DNA of 64,000 nt, from NCBI GenBank assembly GCA_003139545.1, contig PLJC01000008.1, positions 22,874 through 86,873 on the forward strand, in the 5' to 3' direction. This stretch comes from Actinomycetota bacterium. Lineage in GTDB: Bacteria > Actinomycetota > Thermoleophilia > Gaiellales > Gaiellaceae. Of the stretch, positions 1 through 7,784 are shown piece after piece. The stretch's first letter is position 1. The number at the start of each line of letters is the position of its first letter. The notes under the pieces were generated by a model. It searched no databases and had not been told where the DNA came from. It saw only the letters and a list, made by a program, of their open reading frames with translations. Position numbers and translations under genes: made by a program.

Positions 1-37
1 AAGGAGGGGGTCTGCGGTTCGAGTCCGCAAGAGGGCT
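1..37 (+). tRNA. 3' part of tRNA-Thr-like sequence (cut by window edge; intact tRNA or att remnant)
   Basis: GGAGG-GGGTC-TGCGG-TTCGAGT-CCGCA-AGAGGGC-T: anticodon 3' stem, variable loop, T-arm, acceptor strand. Confidence 0.5.
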
Positions 38-64
38 TCATAAGGTGCGCTGGAACCCAGCCGG

Positions 65-946
65 TCAGCCGCGCTCGCCTGCGCTGAGCGCCGCGCGGAT
101 CGCCTCGTCAAAGGTTGTGCGTTTGACCCCGACGATGTCCCAGATTCGGGCGTCGTGTGCGACGGTCGGGACGCGAAGTCCCTCGACGAGGGGCCGTGCA
201 ACGGCCACGCTGGCGGGTGTGACGAGGTACAGCCACAGCGACGAGAGCCGCGGCGTCAAGAACGGAACCTCGATCAGAAGCGGATGCCTGCCGCGCACGC
301 GTGCGACCCGTTCCATCATCGCCCGGTAGGTCATCACCTCGAGACCACCGACATCGAAGGTCTGATCGTAGGCGACCTCGTTGCCACACACGCCGACGAG
401 GACGGCGAGCACGTCGGCCATCGCAACCGGCTGCGTCTCGACCGACACCCAGCGCGGGCAGATCATGATCGGAAGTCGGTCGACGAGCGCGAGAATCGTT
501 TCGAACGCCACGCTCCCGGCACCGACGATCATCGCGGCCTGCAACGTCGTCACAGGAACCTGGCCCGTCTTGAGAATCGTCGCCGTCTCGGCCCTGCTGC
601 GCAGATGCGGTGAGAGATCAGCCGCTTCGCCGAGCCCGCCGAGATAGACGATCTGTGTCGCGTCGCCCGCCGCCGCGCCGGCCGCGACCGCGGTTGCGGC
701 GGCGCGATCCCGCGCCTCGAAGTCGCCGCTACCGAGCGAGTGCACAAGGTGGTAGACGACCTCGGCCCCGGCGAGTGCGCGGCGCATCGCATTGGCATCG
801 GTCGCATCTGCGGCAATCCACTCGACCCCGTCCTCGACGCTCGCGGCGGGCCCCCGTGCCACACCGACAACCTCATGACGCGCCGAGAGCGCCCGCACGA
901 GCGGCCGCCCGATCGTGCCCGTCGCCCCGACAACGGCAACCCTCAC
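65..946 (-). CDS. NAD(P)-binding atypical SDR/epimerase (YbjT-like)
   Basis: VRVAVVGATGTIG Rossmann motif, YLVHS, HLRSRAET; GTG start overlaps upstream stop. Confidence 0.85.
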   Translation of the reverse strand: MRVAVVGATGTIGRPLVRALSARHEVVGVARGPAASVEDGVEWIAADATDANAMRRALAGAEVVYHLVHSLGSGDFEARDRAAATAVAAGAAAGDATQIVYLGGLGEAADLSPHLRSRAETATILKTGQVPVTTLQAAMIVGAGSVAFETILALVDRLPIMICPRWVSVETQPVAMADVLAVLVGVCGNEVAYDQTFDVGGLEVMTYRAMMERVARVRGRHPLLIEVPFLTPRLSSLWLYLVTPASVAVARPLVEGLRVPTVAHDARIWDIVGVKRTTFDEAIRAALSAGERG

Positions 947-1359
947 TGAGGCCGCCCATCGCGTGCGACCAGTGCCAGGAATCGCCTGCCGACCAGATCG
1001 TGGGACACAAGCTCGAGCCGCCACAACGGCCCACGCAGCAACGGAGCGAAACCTTCGACCTCGACGGCCACATACACGCCGTTGGCGCGCCACGCGATCG
1101 TCCCGCCCGGCCGGCGCGCCATCAACCCGCCAAGGATCACGCGCCGACCGCCCACGAGCGGACCGAATCGCAGGAAGACCGGCCCAACGCCCAGCAACCG
1201 AACGGCACTTCCCGAGAACCGCACCAGACCGAGCGTCGCCCGCCGAACCGCATCCCAATACAACTGCTCGAGCCGCACGCAGTCGATCACCACGCCGACA
1301 GGCGCACGTTGCGTCGTGTCGACCGTCCCGTCGTCGTGCTCGACGCTAACGCTCTCCAT
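943..1359 (-). CDS. Hypothetical protein, coupled to the SDR gene
   Basis: 138-aa ORF from ATG at 1359 with GTGA overlap. Confidence 0.55.
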   Translation of the reverse strand: MESVSVEHDDGTVDTTQRAPVGVVIDCVRLEQLYWDAVRRATLGLVRFSGSAVRLLGVGPVFLRFGPLVGGRRVILGGLMARRPGGTIAWRANGVYVAVEVEGFAPLLRGPLWRLELVSHDLVGRRFLALVARDGRPQ

Positions 1360-1588
1360 TGCGCGAAAGACGCTACCGCCAGCACACAGCCGAGGGGCTC
1401 GCGCCAATTGGGATCGACGAGCTTCACGCAGTTCTCTCGTGCTTGCGGACGCCATTACGCGATGGAGCATTTATGGAGCCCAGCGGGCGCAACCGGTGGC
1501 AACCGGTCGCAAATTGGAGAGCCTCGAAAACGGCTCAAACAGGCCGATCCGCAACCGGTGGCAACCCACGGCAACCGTTTCGCAGCGC

Positions 1589-1630
1589 ATGGTAAGGAGG
1601 GGGTCGACGGTTCGAGTCCGTCAGAGGGCT
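1589..1630 (+). pseudogene. 3' half of tRNA-Thr(GGT), starting at the anticodon loop
   Basis: ATGGTAA-GGAGG-GGGTC-GACGG-TTCGAGT-CCGTC-AGAGGGC-T; no 5' half upstream. Confidence 0.8.
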
Positions 1631-1633
1631 TCG

Positions 1634-1660
1634 AAAAGCCCCGCACAGCGGGGCTTTTTT
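1634..1660 (+). terminator. Intrinsic terminator, possibly bidirectional
   Basis: AAAAGCCCCGC-ACA-GCGGGGCTTTTTT. Confidence 0.8.
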
Positions 1661-1765
1661 CTTGGCGCGATTTGCAGAGTTCGCTGGTTGCTCAGTTATG
1701 GAGCACCTTATGGAGCTCTCGGATTTCGGCCGCCCCAAGATCGTCTCCAGACGAGACAACACCGG

Positions 1766-1793
1766 CGTGCGCCGGCGTTCGGGAATGTCACGG
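1766..1793 (+). repeat. 28-bp direct repeat, copy 1 (dif-like site)
   Basis: CGTGCGCCGGC-GTTCGG-GAATGTCACGG. Confidence 0.6.
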
Positions 1794-2024
1794 CTCGGGC
1801 CGACAGAGAGCGTGCCGCCGTAGTGCGGATCGCTTCCGAGGAGGCGAGAGGAACGGTCTTCGCTCCACGTTGCAGTCACCTCGTGAACGAACCCAAATTT
1901 CGCCAGGGAGGTCGATCCGTAGGCCAGGCGTCGGCGTTTCCTCGCTGACGTGCATGTACTGCGCGCCTTCGATGACGTGGCCGTCCGCGTCCTAGAGTGC
2001 AAGCCGATACTTCCGTCCAGCCAC
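1794..2024 (-). pseudogene. Decayed small ORF between repeat copies 1 and 2
   Basis: GTG(2024) AGRKYRLAL, TAG(1992-1994), then DADGHVIEGAQYMHV... in the same frame; later apparent frameshift. Confidence 0.3.
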
Positions 2025-2048
2025 TACACCCTAAGGGTACGAGAATGC

Positions 2049-2076
2049 CCTGCGCCAACGTTCGGGAATGTCACCC
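2049..2076 (+). repeat. 28-bp direct repeat, copy 2
   Basis: CCTGCGCCAAC-GTTCGG-GAATGTCACCC. Confidence 0.6.
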
Positions 2077-2228
2077 GAGGGGCAGGATCAACGACCAGTG
2101 CCGTAGTCGAGGTCGAGGCTGTCTGTTCGACCCGCCCATCCAAGCGTCAAACAGCCCGGGCATTGCCTCGCTGGGAAGACTTGTAGCCAGGCGAGCTAGG
2201 CAGGCAAGCGCTTCGCGCCTGGACGCAA

Positions 2229-2255
2229 TGTCACACTTGAACCTCTTTCGGCGCC
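2229..2255 (+). promoter_or_regulatory. Putative ECF autoregulatory promoter
   Basis: TGTCACA-N16-CGCC just upstream of the sigma gene; resembles TGTCACA-N16-CGTC ECF promoters. Confidence 0.4.
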
Positions 2256-2270
2256 TTATCTCCGAGAGGT

Positions 2271-2831
2271 GTGGAGACGTCGTTCCGCCAGCAGCGGTTG
2301 CATCCCATAGCCGTCGGTCGCATGGTCATGAGCGACGACGATCTCAGGCGCGCTGTCGGAGACCTGTTCACCGGCTGTGAGCGACGCATGGGCAGGTATC
2401 TGGTGCAGATGGTCGGCGACCGGGAACTCGCGGCCGACCTCCTTCAGGACAGCTTCCACGACGCTTTGCGCGCGCGGGCGCAGCTCTCGGGTGTGCGCAA
2501 TCCGGAGGCGTGGCTGTTCGGGATCGCGCGCAACCGGGCGCTGCGCGCGCTACGCAGAAGAGGGCGCTTCGATCGTGCCCTGGGCAGGCTCGCCCGCCGG
2601 CAGTCGCAGAGCGGCGACAGCAGCGAGATTGTCGCGATCCGGGATCTGCTCGCGCGCAGCCTGAGCGTTGAGGATCGGGCGCTCGTGCTGTTGCGCTACC
2701 TGCACGACTTCTCGGCGAGTGAGCTTGCGGAGATGACAGGAATGACGGCGGAGGCGGTGCGCCAGCGCCTCTCCCGGGCGCGCGCCCGCCTGCTCGCTGC
2801 CTCTGAACACGATGAAGGAGCGACGCCATGA
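2271..2831 (+). CDS. ECF RNA polymerase sigma factor
   Basis: Region 2 (ADLLQDSF..AWLFGIARN) and region 4 (ELAEMTGMTAEAVRQRLSRAR); start may be 2322 or 2328. Confidence 0.9.
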   Translation: METSFRQQRLHPIAVGRMVMSDDDLRRAVGDLFTGCERRMGRYLVQMVGDRELAADLLQDSFHDALRARAQLSGVRNPEAWLFGIARNRALRALRRRGRFDRALGRLARRQSQSGDSSEIVAIRDLLARSLSVEDRALVLLRYLHDFSASELAEMTGMTAEAVRQRLSRARARLLAASEHDEGATP

Positions 2832-4126
2832 TCGTTCTCGACGACGACGCTCGCGTACGCGAGCTGCTCGCACCGCTCAACGACGTCGAGCCTGTCGCAC
2901 GACGGGCCCCGTTTCGCGATCGTGAGCTGCTTGAGCTGTTGGCCGGGGAGGTCGGGGCTTCTAGTGGACTGCGTCGGCGTGGGCGCGCGATGGTTGTGAC
3001 CGTGGCTGCCGCGGTCGCGGCCGCACTGGCGATCATGTTCTGGCCTGCGTCGACGTCGCCGTCGGTTCTGGACAGCGCCCTCGCCGCCATCGGCACGGGA
3101 CAGGTGACCCACGTTGTGTTCGAGGATGATCTTGGCAGCACGCTGCTCGACCTCCGCACCGGTCGACAGACGCCTGCCAGCGGTCGCCTGAGCGTGTGGT
3201 ATGCGCCCGCTCGCGGCCTGTTGATCAGGTCGAGCTTCCTCGGAGTCGACGAAGGATCGACGTTCATCGCCACCAACACGCAGACGCTGGGCGGACGGCC
3301 GCTGCCGAGCGCGGCTGACTTCGTGCGCGGGTATCGCGCTGCCCTTCGCGCACATCGCTTCCACCTCGTCGGGAGTGGCAGCTATCGCGGCACATCGGTC
3401 TTCTGGATCGACGGCACGCCGAGCCTGTTCGGCCGCGCTCCGACGCACCGGATCGTCGAGCGGGTCGCCATCTCGAAGGTGAGCTACAAACCGGTGTTCG
3501 TCCAGCGCCTCGTCGACGGTAAGCCAGCCCAGGGGTCTGGCCAGCACATCCTGTCCATCCAGACCTCCGACTCAGGCCCCGGCGCCCTCGACGGCACCCG
3601 CACGCGCTCGGCGCCCTTCGGCTCCAACATCGGCTACTTCAACGGCGTCGTGCAGTACGAGCCGCTGCCCCTCACCGAGGCTCGCGCGATGCGCCCCACA
3701 CCGCTCATCCCGAGAACGATCAGCGGTCTGCGTCTCAGCGTCATCGCCCGGGCGCCGTACACAACCACCCCCAACTCCAGCCAGGACATTGCCGGCGTCT
3801 TGCTCTACTACGGCACGCCATACAACTCCGGACTTCCAAACGACACCCAGCCCGCATACACCGGCCGCTGGGTGCAGATCATCGAATTCCCACGGGCCAA
3901 CCTCGTCACCCGTTTCTACGCGGGCCACTTCCCGACCGGCGGCAAAGCCGTCATCGACGGGTTCGCCGGAAGCGCCCCAGCCCTCTTCGGCAAGCCTGGC
4001 AGCGCCGGCCAGTTTGGAGACACGATCAACGACCACACCGCCACCCTCACTACGCAGGGCCGCTACTTCTTCATCGACGCCACCACCAGAAGCGACGCAA
4101 TCCAAGCTGCACGAGCAACGCCCTAG
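2828..4126 (+). CDS. Membrane-anchored anti-sigma factor candidate
   Basis: ATGA overlap with sigma gene, one TM segment, large beta-rich extracytoplasmic part. Confidence 0.75.
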   Translation: MIVLDDDARVRELLAPLNDVEPVARRAPFRDRELLELLAGEVGASSGLRRRGRAMVVTVAAAVAAALAIMFWPASTSPSVLDSALAAIGTGQVTHVVFEDDLGSTLLDLRTGRQTPASGRLSVWYAPARGLLIRSSFLGVDEGSTFIATNTQTLGGRPLPSAADFVRGYRAALRAHRFHLVGSGSYRGTSVFWIDGTPSLFGRAPTHRIVERVAISKVSYKPVFVQRLVDGKPAQGSGQHILSIQTSDSGPGALDGTRTRSAPFGSNIGYFNGVVQYEPLPLTEARAMRPTPLIPRTISGLRLSVIARAPYTTTPNSSQDIAGVLLYYGTPYNSGLPNDTQPAYTGRWVQIIEFPRANLVTRFYAGHFPTGGKAVIDGFAGSAPALFGKPGSAGQFGDTINDHTATLTTQGRYFFIDATTRSDAIQAARATP

Positions 4127-4144
4127 CACCAAACCGGAAGCTCG

Positions 4145-4172
4145 CATGCGCCACCGTTCGGGAATGTGCGCC
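4145..4172 (+). repeat. 28-bp direct repeat, copy 3
   Basis: CATGCGCCACC-GTTCGG-GAATGTGCGCC. Confidence 0.55.
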
Positions 4173-4181
4173 GACGGCGAC

Positions 4182-4310
4182 GCCTAACCTGCACGGATCA
4201 GGCGGACAAGTGCTCGCGCTGTTGCGAGGCGTAGTCCCGCGAATTCGATTCCAGGCTGGCCGTAAAGGCCTTGCGGGAAGAGCGGGTGGTTGATCCGAGC
4301 GGGCGTAGAT
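4182..4310 (+). other. Degenerate attC-like imperfect hairpin
   Basis: GCCTAAC (RYYYAAC) start; CCTGCACGGATCAG pairs with TTGATCCGAGCGGG; ends G-TAGAT (one T short of GTTRRRY). Confidence 0.35.
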
Positions 4311-4474
4311 GTGACCCACCGACGTCGATGTTCAAGTGGTGCTCCGAGTGCAGCTGGGCTCCAAGCTGCGCCGCGGAGCGTTCCAAGAACATCGGGCGTC
4401 GCGGCGTAAGGTGGGCGATATGAGGCAGCGGCAAGTCACGTCCGCGTCCGGCGCAGCCGCTACTGCTTCTCGTC

Positions 4475-4996
4475 ATGTTGGACGCGATCGGCGGCGGCCT
4501 TATCGGGATCGGAGCTCTCCTGCTCCTGAGCACGCTGTGGTGGCCGCCTCCGCCCCTGGAGCTGGTCGGCGACGCGGAGCACCGGCGCACCAAGCGCAAC
4601 AGCGCCGTCGCGACGATCGTCTCAGCTGCATCGACGTTCGCGGGCGCCGTTCTTCTTCTCCTTCGGAGCGGGTTCCTCTGGGCGCTCCTCGGGGTGGGGC
4701 TCGGGCTGCTCGTCTACTACGCGATGCTCGCATCATGGACGCACAGCGAATGGGCGTCCATCAACCGTCAAGTCACGCTGGAACGCAAAGGCGGAGATGG
4801 CCGAATCACGCTGGGAACTGCGAGCCGCATGGGGGCAACAAACGACCCCGCCGCTTCGACGTCAAGCATGGCGATATGGCTGACAAACGACGCCGAATAC
4901 GGTGAGCACGAGGCTCGGGTAGCCGCACGGAACGCTGGGTGGCGGTGGGCGCTCCGCCATCCGCGCGGCGGCGGTTGGGATCGCCGGAACCTGTAA
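4475..4996 (+). CDS. Hypothetical membrane protein (about 3 TM)
   Basis: Three hydrophobic segments. Confidence 0.6.
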   Translation: MLDAIGGGLIGIGALLLLSTLWWPPPPLELVGDAEHRRTKRNSAVATIVSAASTFAGAVLLLLRSGFLWALLGVGLGLLVYYAMLASWTHSEWASINRQVTLERKGGDGRITLGTASRMGATNDPAASTSSMAIWLTNDAEYGEHEARVAARNAGWRWALRHPRGGGWDRRNL

Positions 4997-5076
4997 GCGC
5001 CTCAAAGTGTGCATGAGCCCGAGTTGCCGTCGCCCCCAGGCAACGATCCGTCCGCCGCGCGTGCGTTGATGGGCGC

Positions 5077-6258
5077 ATGGCGCGGATCGAGGCGATAGCC
5101 GAACCGAGCCTCCTCGTCTGGGCGCGGGAGCGAGCGGGCTACAGCATCGAGCAGGCTGCGAAGCGGGTGCCGGTGACCCCTGAGCGCCTTGCGGCGTGGG
5201 AGGCCGGTGAGGCCCGTCCCACTGTGAAGCAGCTCCGGAAGCTCGGTGGGATCTACGGGCGGCCGCTCGCGGTCTTCTATCTGCCGGAACCGCCGCGCGG
5301 CCCGCAGCAACCGGTCAGGGATCACCGTCGCATTTGGGGCGAGGAGCCTGAGGGAATCTCGCCGCGGCTCCGCAAGGAGATCGACATCGCCGAGGACCGG
5401 CGCGAACTCGCGCTCGAACTTCTTTCGCTCCAGGGGGAAGAGCCGCCAACGTTTGAGCTTCGAGCGAGCATCGGCGAGAACCCGAACACGGTCGCGGCTC
5501 GCTTCCGCGAGGCGCTCGGCGTCACCCTCGACGAGCAACTCTCCTGGCACGAGCGCTACAACGGCTTCAACGCGTGGCGAGACGCGATCGAAGGAGTCGG
5601 CGCCCTCGTCCTCCAGATGACCGACGTCCCCGTGCTGGAGGCGCGCGGCTTCTCCATCGCCGACAGACCGCTCCCGGCCGTGGTCGCGAACATCAAGGAC
5701 ACACCGCGCGCGCGGTGCTTCACGCTCATGCACGAGCTCGTGCATGTGGCGTTGCACGAGGGAGGTATCTGCACGCTCGACGATGCGGAGCGGGTGGAGG
5801 TGTTCTGCAACCGCATCGCCGGGGCGGTGCTCGTCCCCGCCGAAGCGCTCCGCTCCGATCAGATCGTTTCCGCGCACGGCACCGAGCCGGAGTGGGAAGA
5901 CCGCGAGATCGAAGCGCTCGCGCGTCATTTCAGCGTGAGCCGCGAGGTCGTTCTTCGCCGCTTGCTCATCATCGGTCGGACCGAGCAGGCGTTCTACCAG
6001 CGCAAGCGCGACGAGTACACGGAGCAGTACCGGGAAGCGACGGAACAGCGCAAGCGCGAAGAACAGAAGCCGCGGCCGATCCCCCGCGATCTGATCGCAG
6101 TCGCGCGCTCGGGACGGTTCCTGTCGCTGCTCGTGCTGAACAACTACGAGCAGGGCCGGATCACCGCGAGCGACGTCGCGGACTACCTCGGCATCCGCAT
6201 CAAGCACCTCGGCGCCATCGAGCGGCGCGTCTTCGGAGCGCAGCCGCAGACAGAGTGA
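5077..6258 (+). CDS. Xre-HTH + ImmA/IrrE family metallopeptidase
   Basis: N-terminal HTH (LAAWEAGEARPTVKQL), FTLMHELVH HExxH motif. Confidence 0.9.
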   Translation: MARIEAIAEPSLLVWARERAGYSIEQAAKRVPVTPERLAAWEAGEARPTVKQLRKLGGIYGRPLAVFYLPEPPRGPQQPVRDHRRIWGEEPEGISPRLRKEIDIAEDRRELALELLSLQGEEPPTFELRASIGENPNTVAARFREALGVTLDEQLSWHERYNGFNAWRDAIEGVGALVLQMTDVPVLEARGFSIADRPLPAVVANIKDTPRARCFTLMHELVHVALHEGGICTLDDAERVEVFCNRIAGAVLVPAEALRSDQIVSAHGTEPEWEDREIEALARHFSVSREVVLRRLLIIGRTEQAFYQRKRDEYTEQYREATEQRKREEQKPRPIPRDLIAVARSGRFLSLLVLNNYEQGRITASDVADYLGIRIKHLGAIERRVFGAQPQTE

Positions 6259-6722
6259 ACTACAGCGTCGACACGAGCTCCCTCATCAACGGGTTCCGCA
6301 TCAACTACCCGTATCTGAACTTTCCGCGGCTCTGGAACGAGAACATTCCCTCCCTCGTGGCGTCGGGCGAACTGCGCGCGACCGAGGAGGTGCTCGTCGA
6401 GCTAAAGCAGCAAGACGATGAGCTGATCCAGTGGATTGAGGAGTACAGCGACGAGCTCTTCGTCGAGATCGACGACCCGATCCAGCGCGAGGTGATCGCC
6501 ATCCTGCGCGGCTTTCCGGCGCTCATCCACGCCGGGCGCGGCCGCTCCGGAGCTGACCCGTTCGTGATCGCGCTCGCAAAGCTCCACACGTGCGTGGTCG
6601 TCACCGAGGAGGGACGCGGGTCCGTCAAGCACCCGAAGATCCCGGACGTCTGCGACGCGCTCGGCGTGCCCTGCATCCGCCTCGTCGACATGATCGCTGA
6701 GCAAGGCTGGATCTACGGGTAG
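6255..6722 (+). CDS. DUF4411 family PIN-like protein
   Basis: VDTSS, ADPFVIA, VVTEE, KIPDVC; GTGA overlap with upstream gene. Confidence 0.85.
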   Translation: MNYSVDTSSLINGFRINYPYLNFPRLWNENIPSLVASGELRATEEVLVELKQQDDELIQWIEEYSDELFVEIDDPIQREVIAILRGFPALIHAGRGRSGADPFVIALAKLHTCVVVTEEGRGSVKHPKIPDVCDALGVPCIRLVDMIAEQGWIYG

Positions 6723-6803
6723 CCGCGTGGAATGCCTAGATGATCGCTGAACTGGTGGGGTGACTCACCATTTGCGCGAGCGTCCATTGACTCGACGCCC
6801 AAT

Positions 6804-6927
6804 CTGGTAAGGAGGGGGTCGACGGTTCGAGTCCGTCAGAGGGCTTGCAACACCCCCTCACGGATTCTCGTTCAGGACACCTTGCTCTTCGTCGCACCTG
6901 CGATGGATGTGGAGCTGTCTATGGAGC
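6804..6927 (+). repeat. tRNA-Thr 3' half (copy 3) plus downstream TGGAGC doublet
   Basis: 6805-6846 identical over 42 bp to 1590-1631; TGGAGC at 6910/6922. Confidence 0.8.
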
Positions 6928-6963
6928 TTTCGCGGGCGCGAACGCGCGCCGACTCGCGCGGCG

Positions 6964-7455
6964 TTAGGACGCGCCCGACAGGTGGATGCCTCGCTTCGCC
7001 GCGTCCTGCGTCGCACGCTCTAGCAAACGAAGCGCACGCGCGAAGTCCTCGTGTCCGATCTCGAAGTGGGAGACGCCATGCCCGATCTGAGCTTGAAGAT
7101 CTGGACCGACCGAGGCCAGTGACGGCGCAAGGGACAGGCTTGGCACGCATGCGCCCTTGCGGAGCTCGACCGGTGCGGCGTACGGCCAAAGCCGAGCGAC
7201 CTCGGGGTTCGAGTGCCGGTCGTTGAGTACAGGCGGGTCCAAAGCACGCGACGCACCGAAGATGCACTTGGTGCCGCCGACCGCGTAGTAGATGAACTCG
7301 TCGCCGCGCGAAACATTCGTTGGCGCAGGCCGCGGAGGGAATCGTACTTCGATGTGCATCTCAGGATCCCGATCCCAAGGATCGTCGGCCATCGGCCACT
7401 TGCTTGATCCGAGGAGCTTGACGAAGTAGCTCAGCCCAACCCTCCCTTCAGTCAC
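6964..7455 (-). CDS. EVE/PUA-like domain protein
   Basis: YFVK...GDEFIYYAVG..CIFG...WPY pattern. Confidence 0.55.
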   Translation of the reverse strand: MTEGRVGLSYFVKLLGSSKWPMADDPWDRDPEMHIEVRFPPRPAPTNVSRGDEFIYYAVGGTKCIFGASRALDPPVLNDRHSNPEVARLWPYAAPVELRKGACVPSLSLAPSLASVGPDLQAQIGHGVSHFEIGHEDFARALRLLERATQDAAKRGIHLSGAS

Positions 7456-7784
7456 CGCTGTCCTCGCGACCGTACAACAAGGCCGCGGTCGCGCCTAGGC
7501 GCTCATTGGTCACCACGACATGTCGCGCCCCTCGATCTCTCGTTCGAGCTCCTTCTGTTCTGCGCGGATCGCGACCAGCTTCTTCCGCTCCGGCGGATTT
7601 GCGCTCCGGAGCGCTCCACCACCTCAGATGTCGCGTCTGCGCTGCCTGCCTCTGTACAACATGGTGCGGCCGCTCCTGGGCTTCGCCGATGTCCTGCCGG
7701 CTCATTGTGGCAAGCGGTCTGAGAATCGAGGCAGGCGCTCGTGGGAACGAGCAGGCGCGACTATCACGCGAGTCTCCGCCGCGG

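Larger units (their letters stand above)
1462..1716 (+). repeat. attP-like structure: TGGAGC doublet, phased GCAACC triplets, tRNA-Thr 3' half, terminator, TGGAGC doublet
   Basis: TGGAGC at 1463/1474 and 1699/1711; GCAACC(-like) at 1489/1499/1509 and 1551/1561/1571; tRNA half 1589-1630. Confidence 0.7.

Noticed and set aside
610..1995. 461-aa + strand ORF containing MEHLWSPAGATGGN...HGKEGVDGSSPSEG
   Set aside because: It is antisense to real genes and translates through the tRNA-half/att repeat; a shadow ORF.
1589..6846. tRNA-half and 28-bp repeats as a CRISPR array
   Set aside because: Spacing is hundreds to thousands of bases and there are no cas genes.
6850..6970. attC site after the EVE-like gene (minus-strand TCCTAAC overlapping the stop)
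   Set aside because: No convincing complementary arm or GTTRRRY end.
7500..7706. Small minus-strand gene between the ATPase and the EVE-like gene
   Set aside because: Coding-like fragments lie in different frames; at best a remnant.
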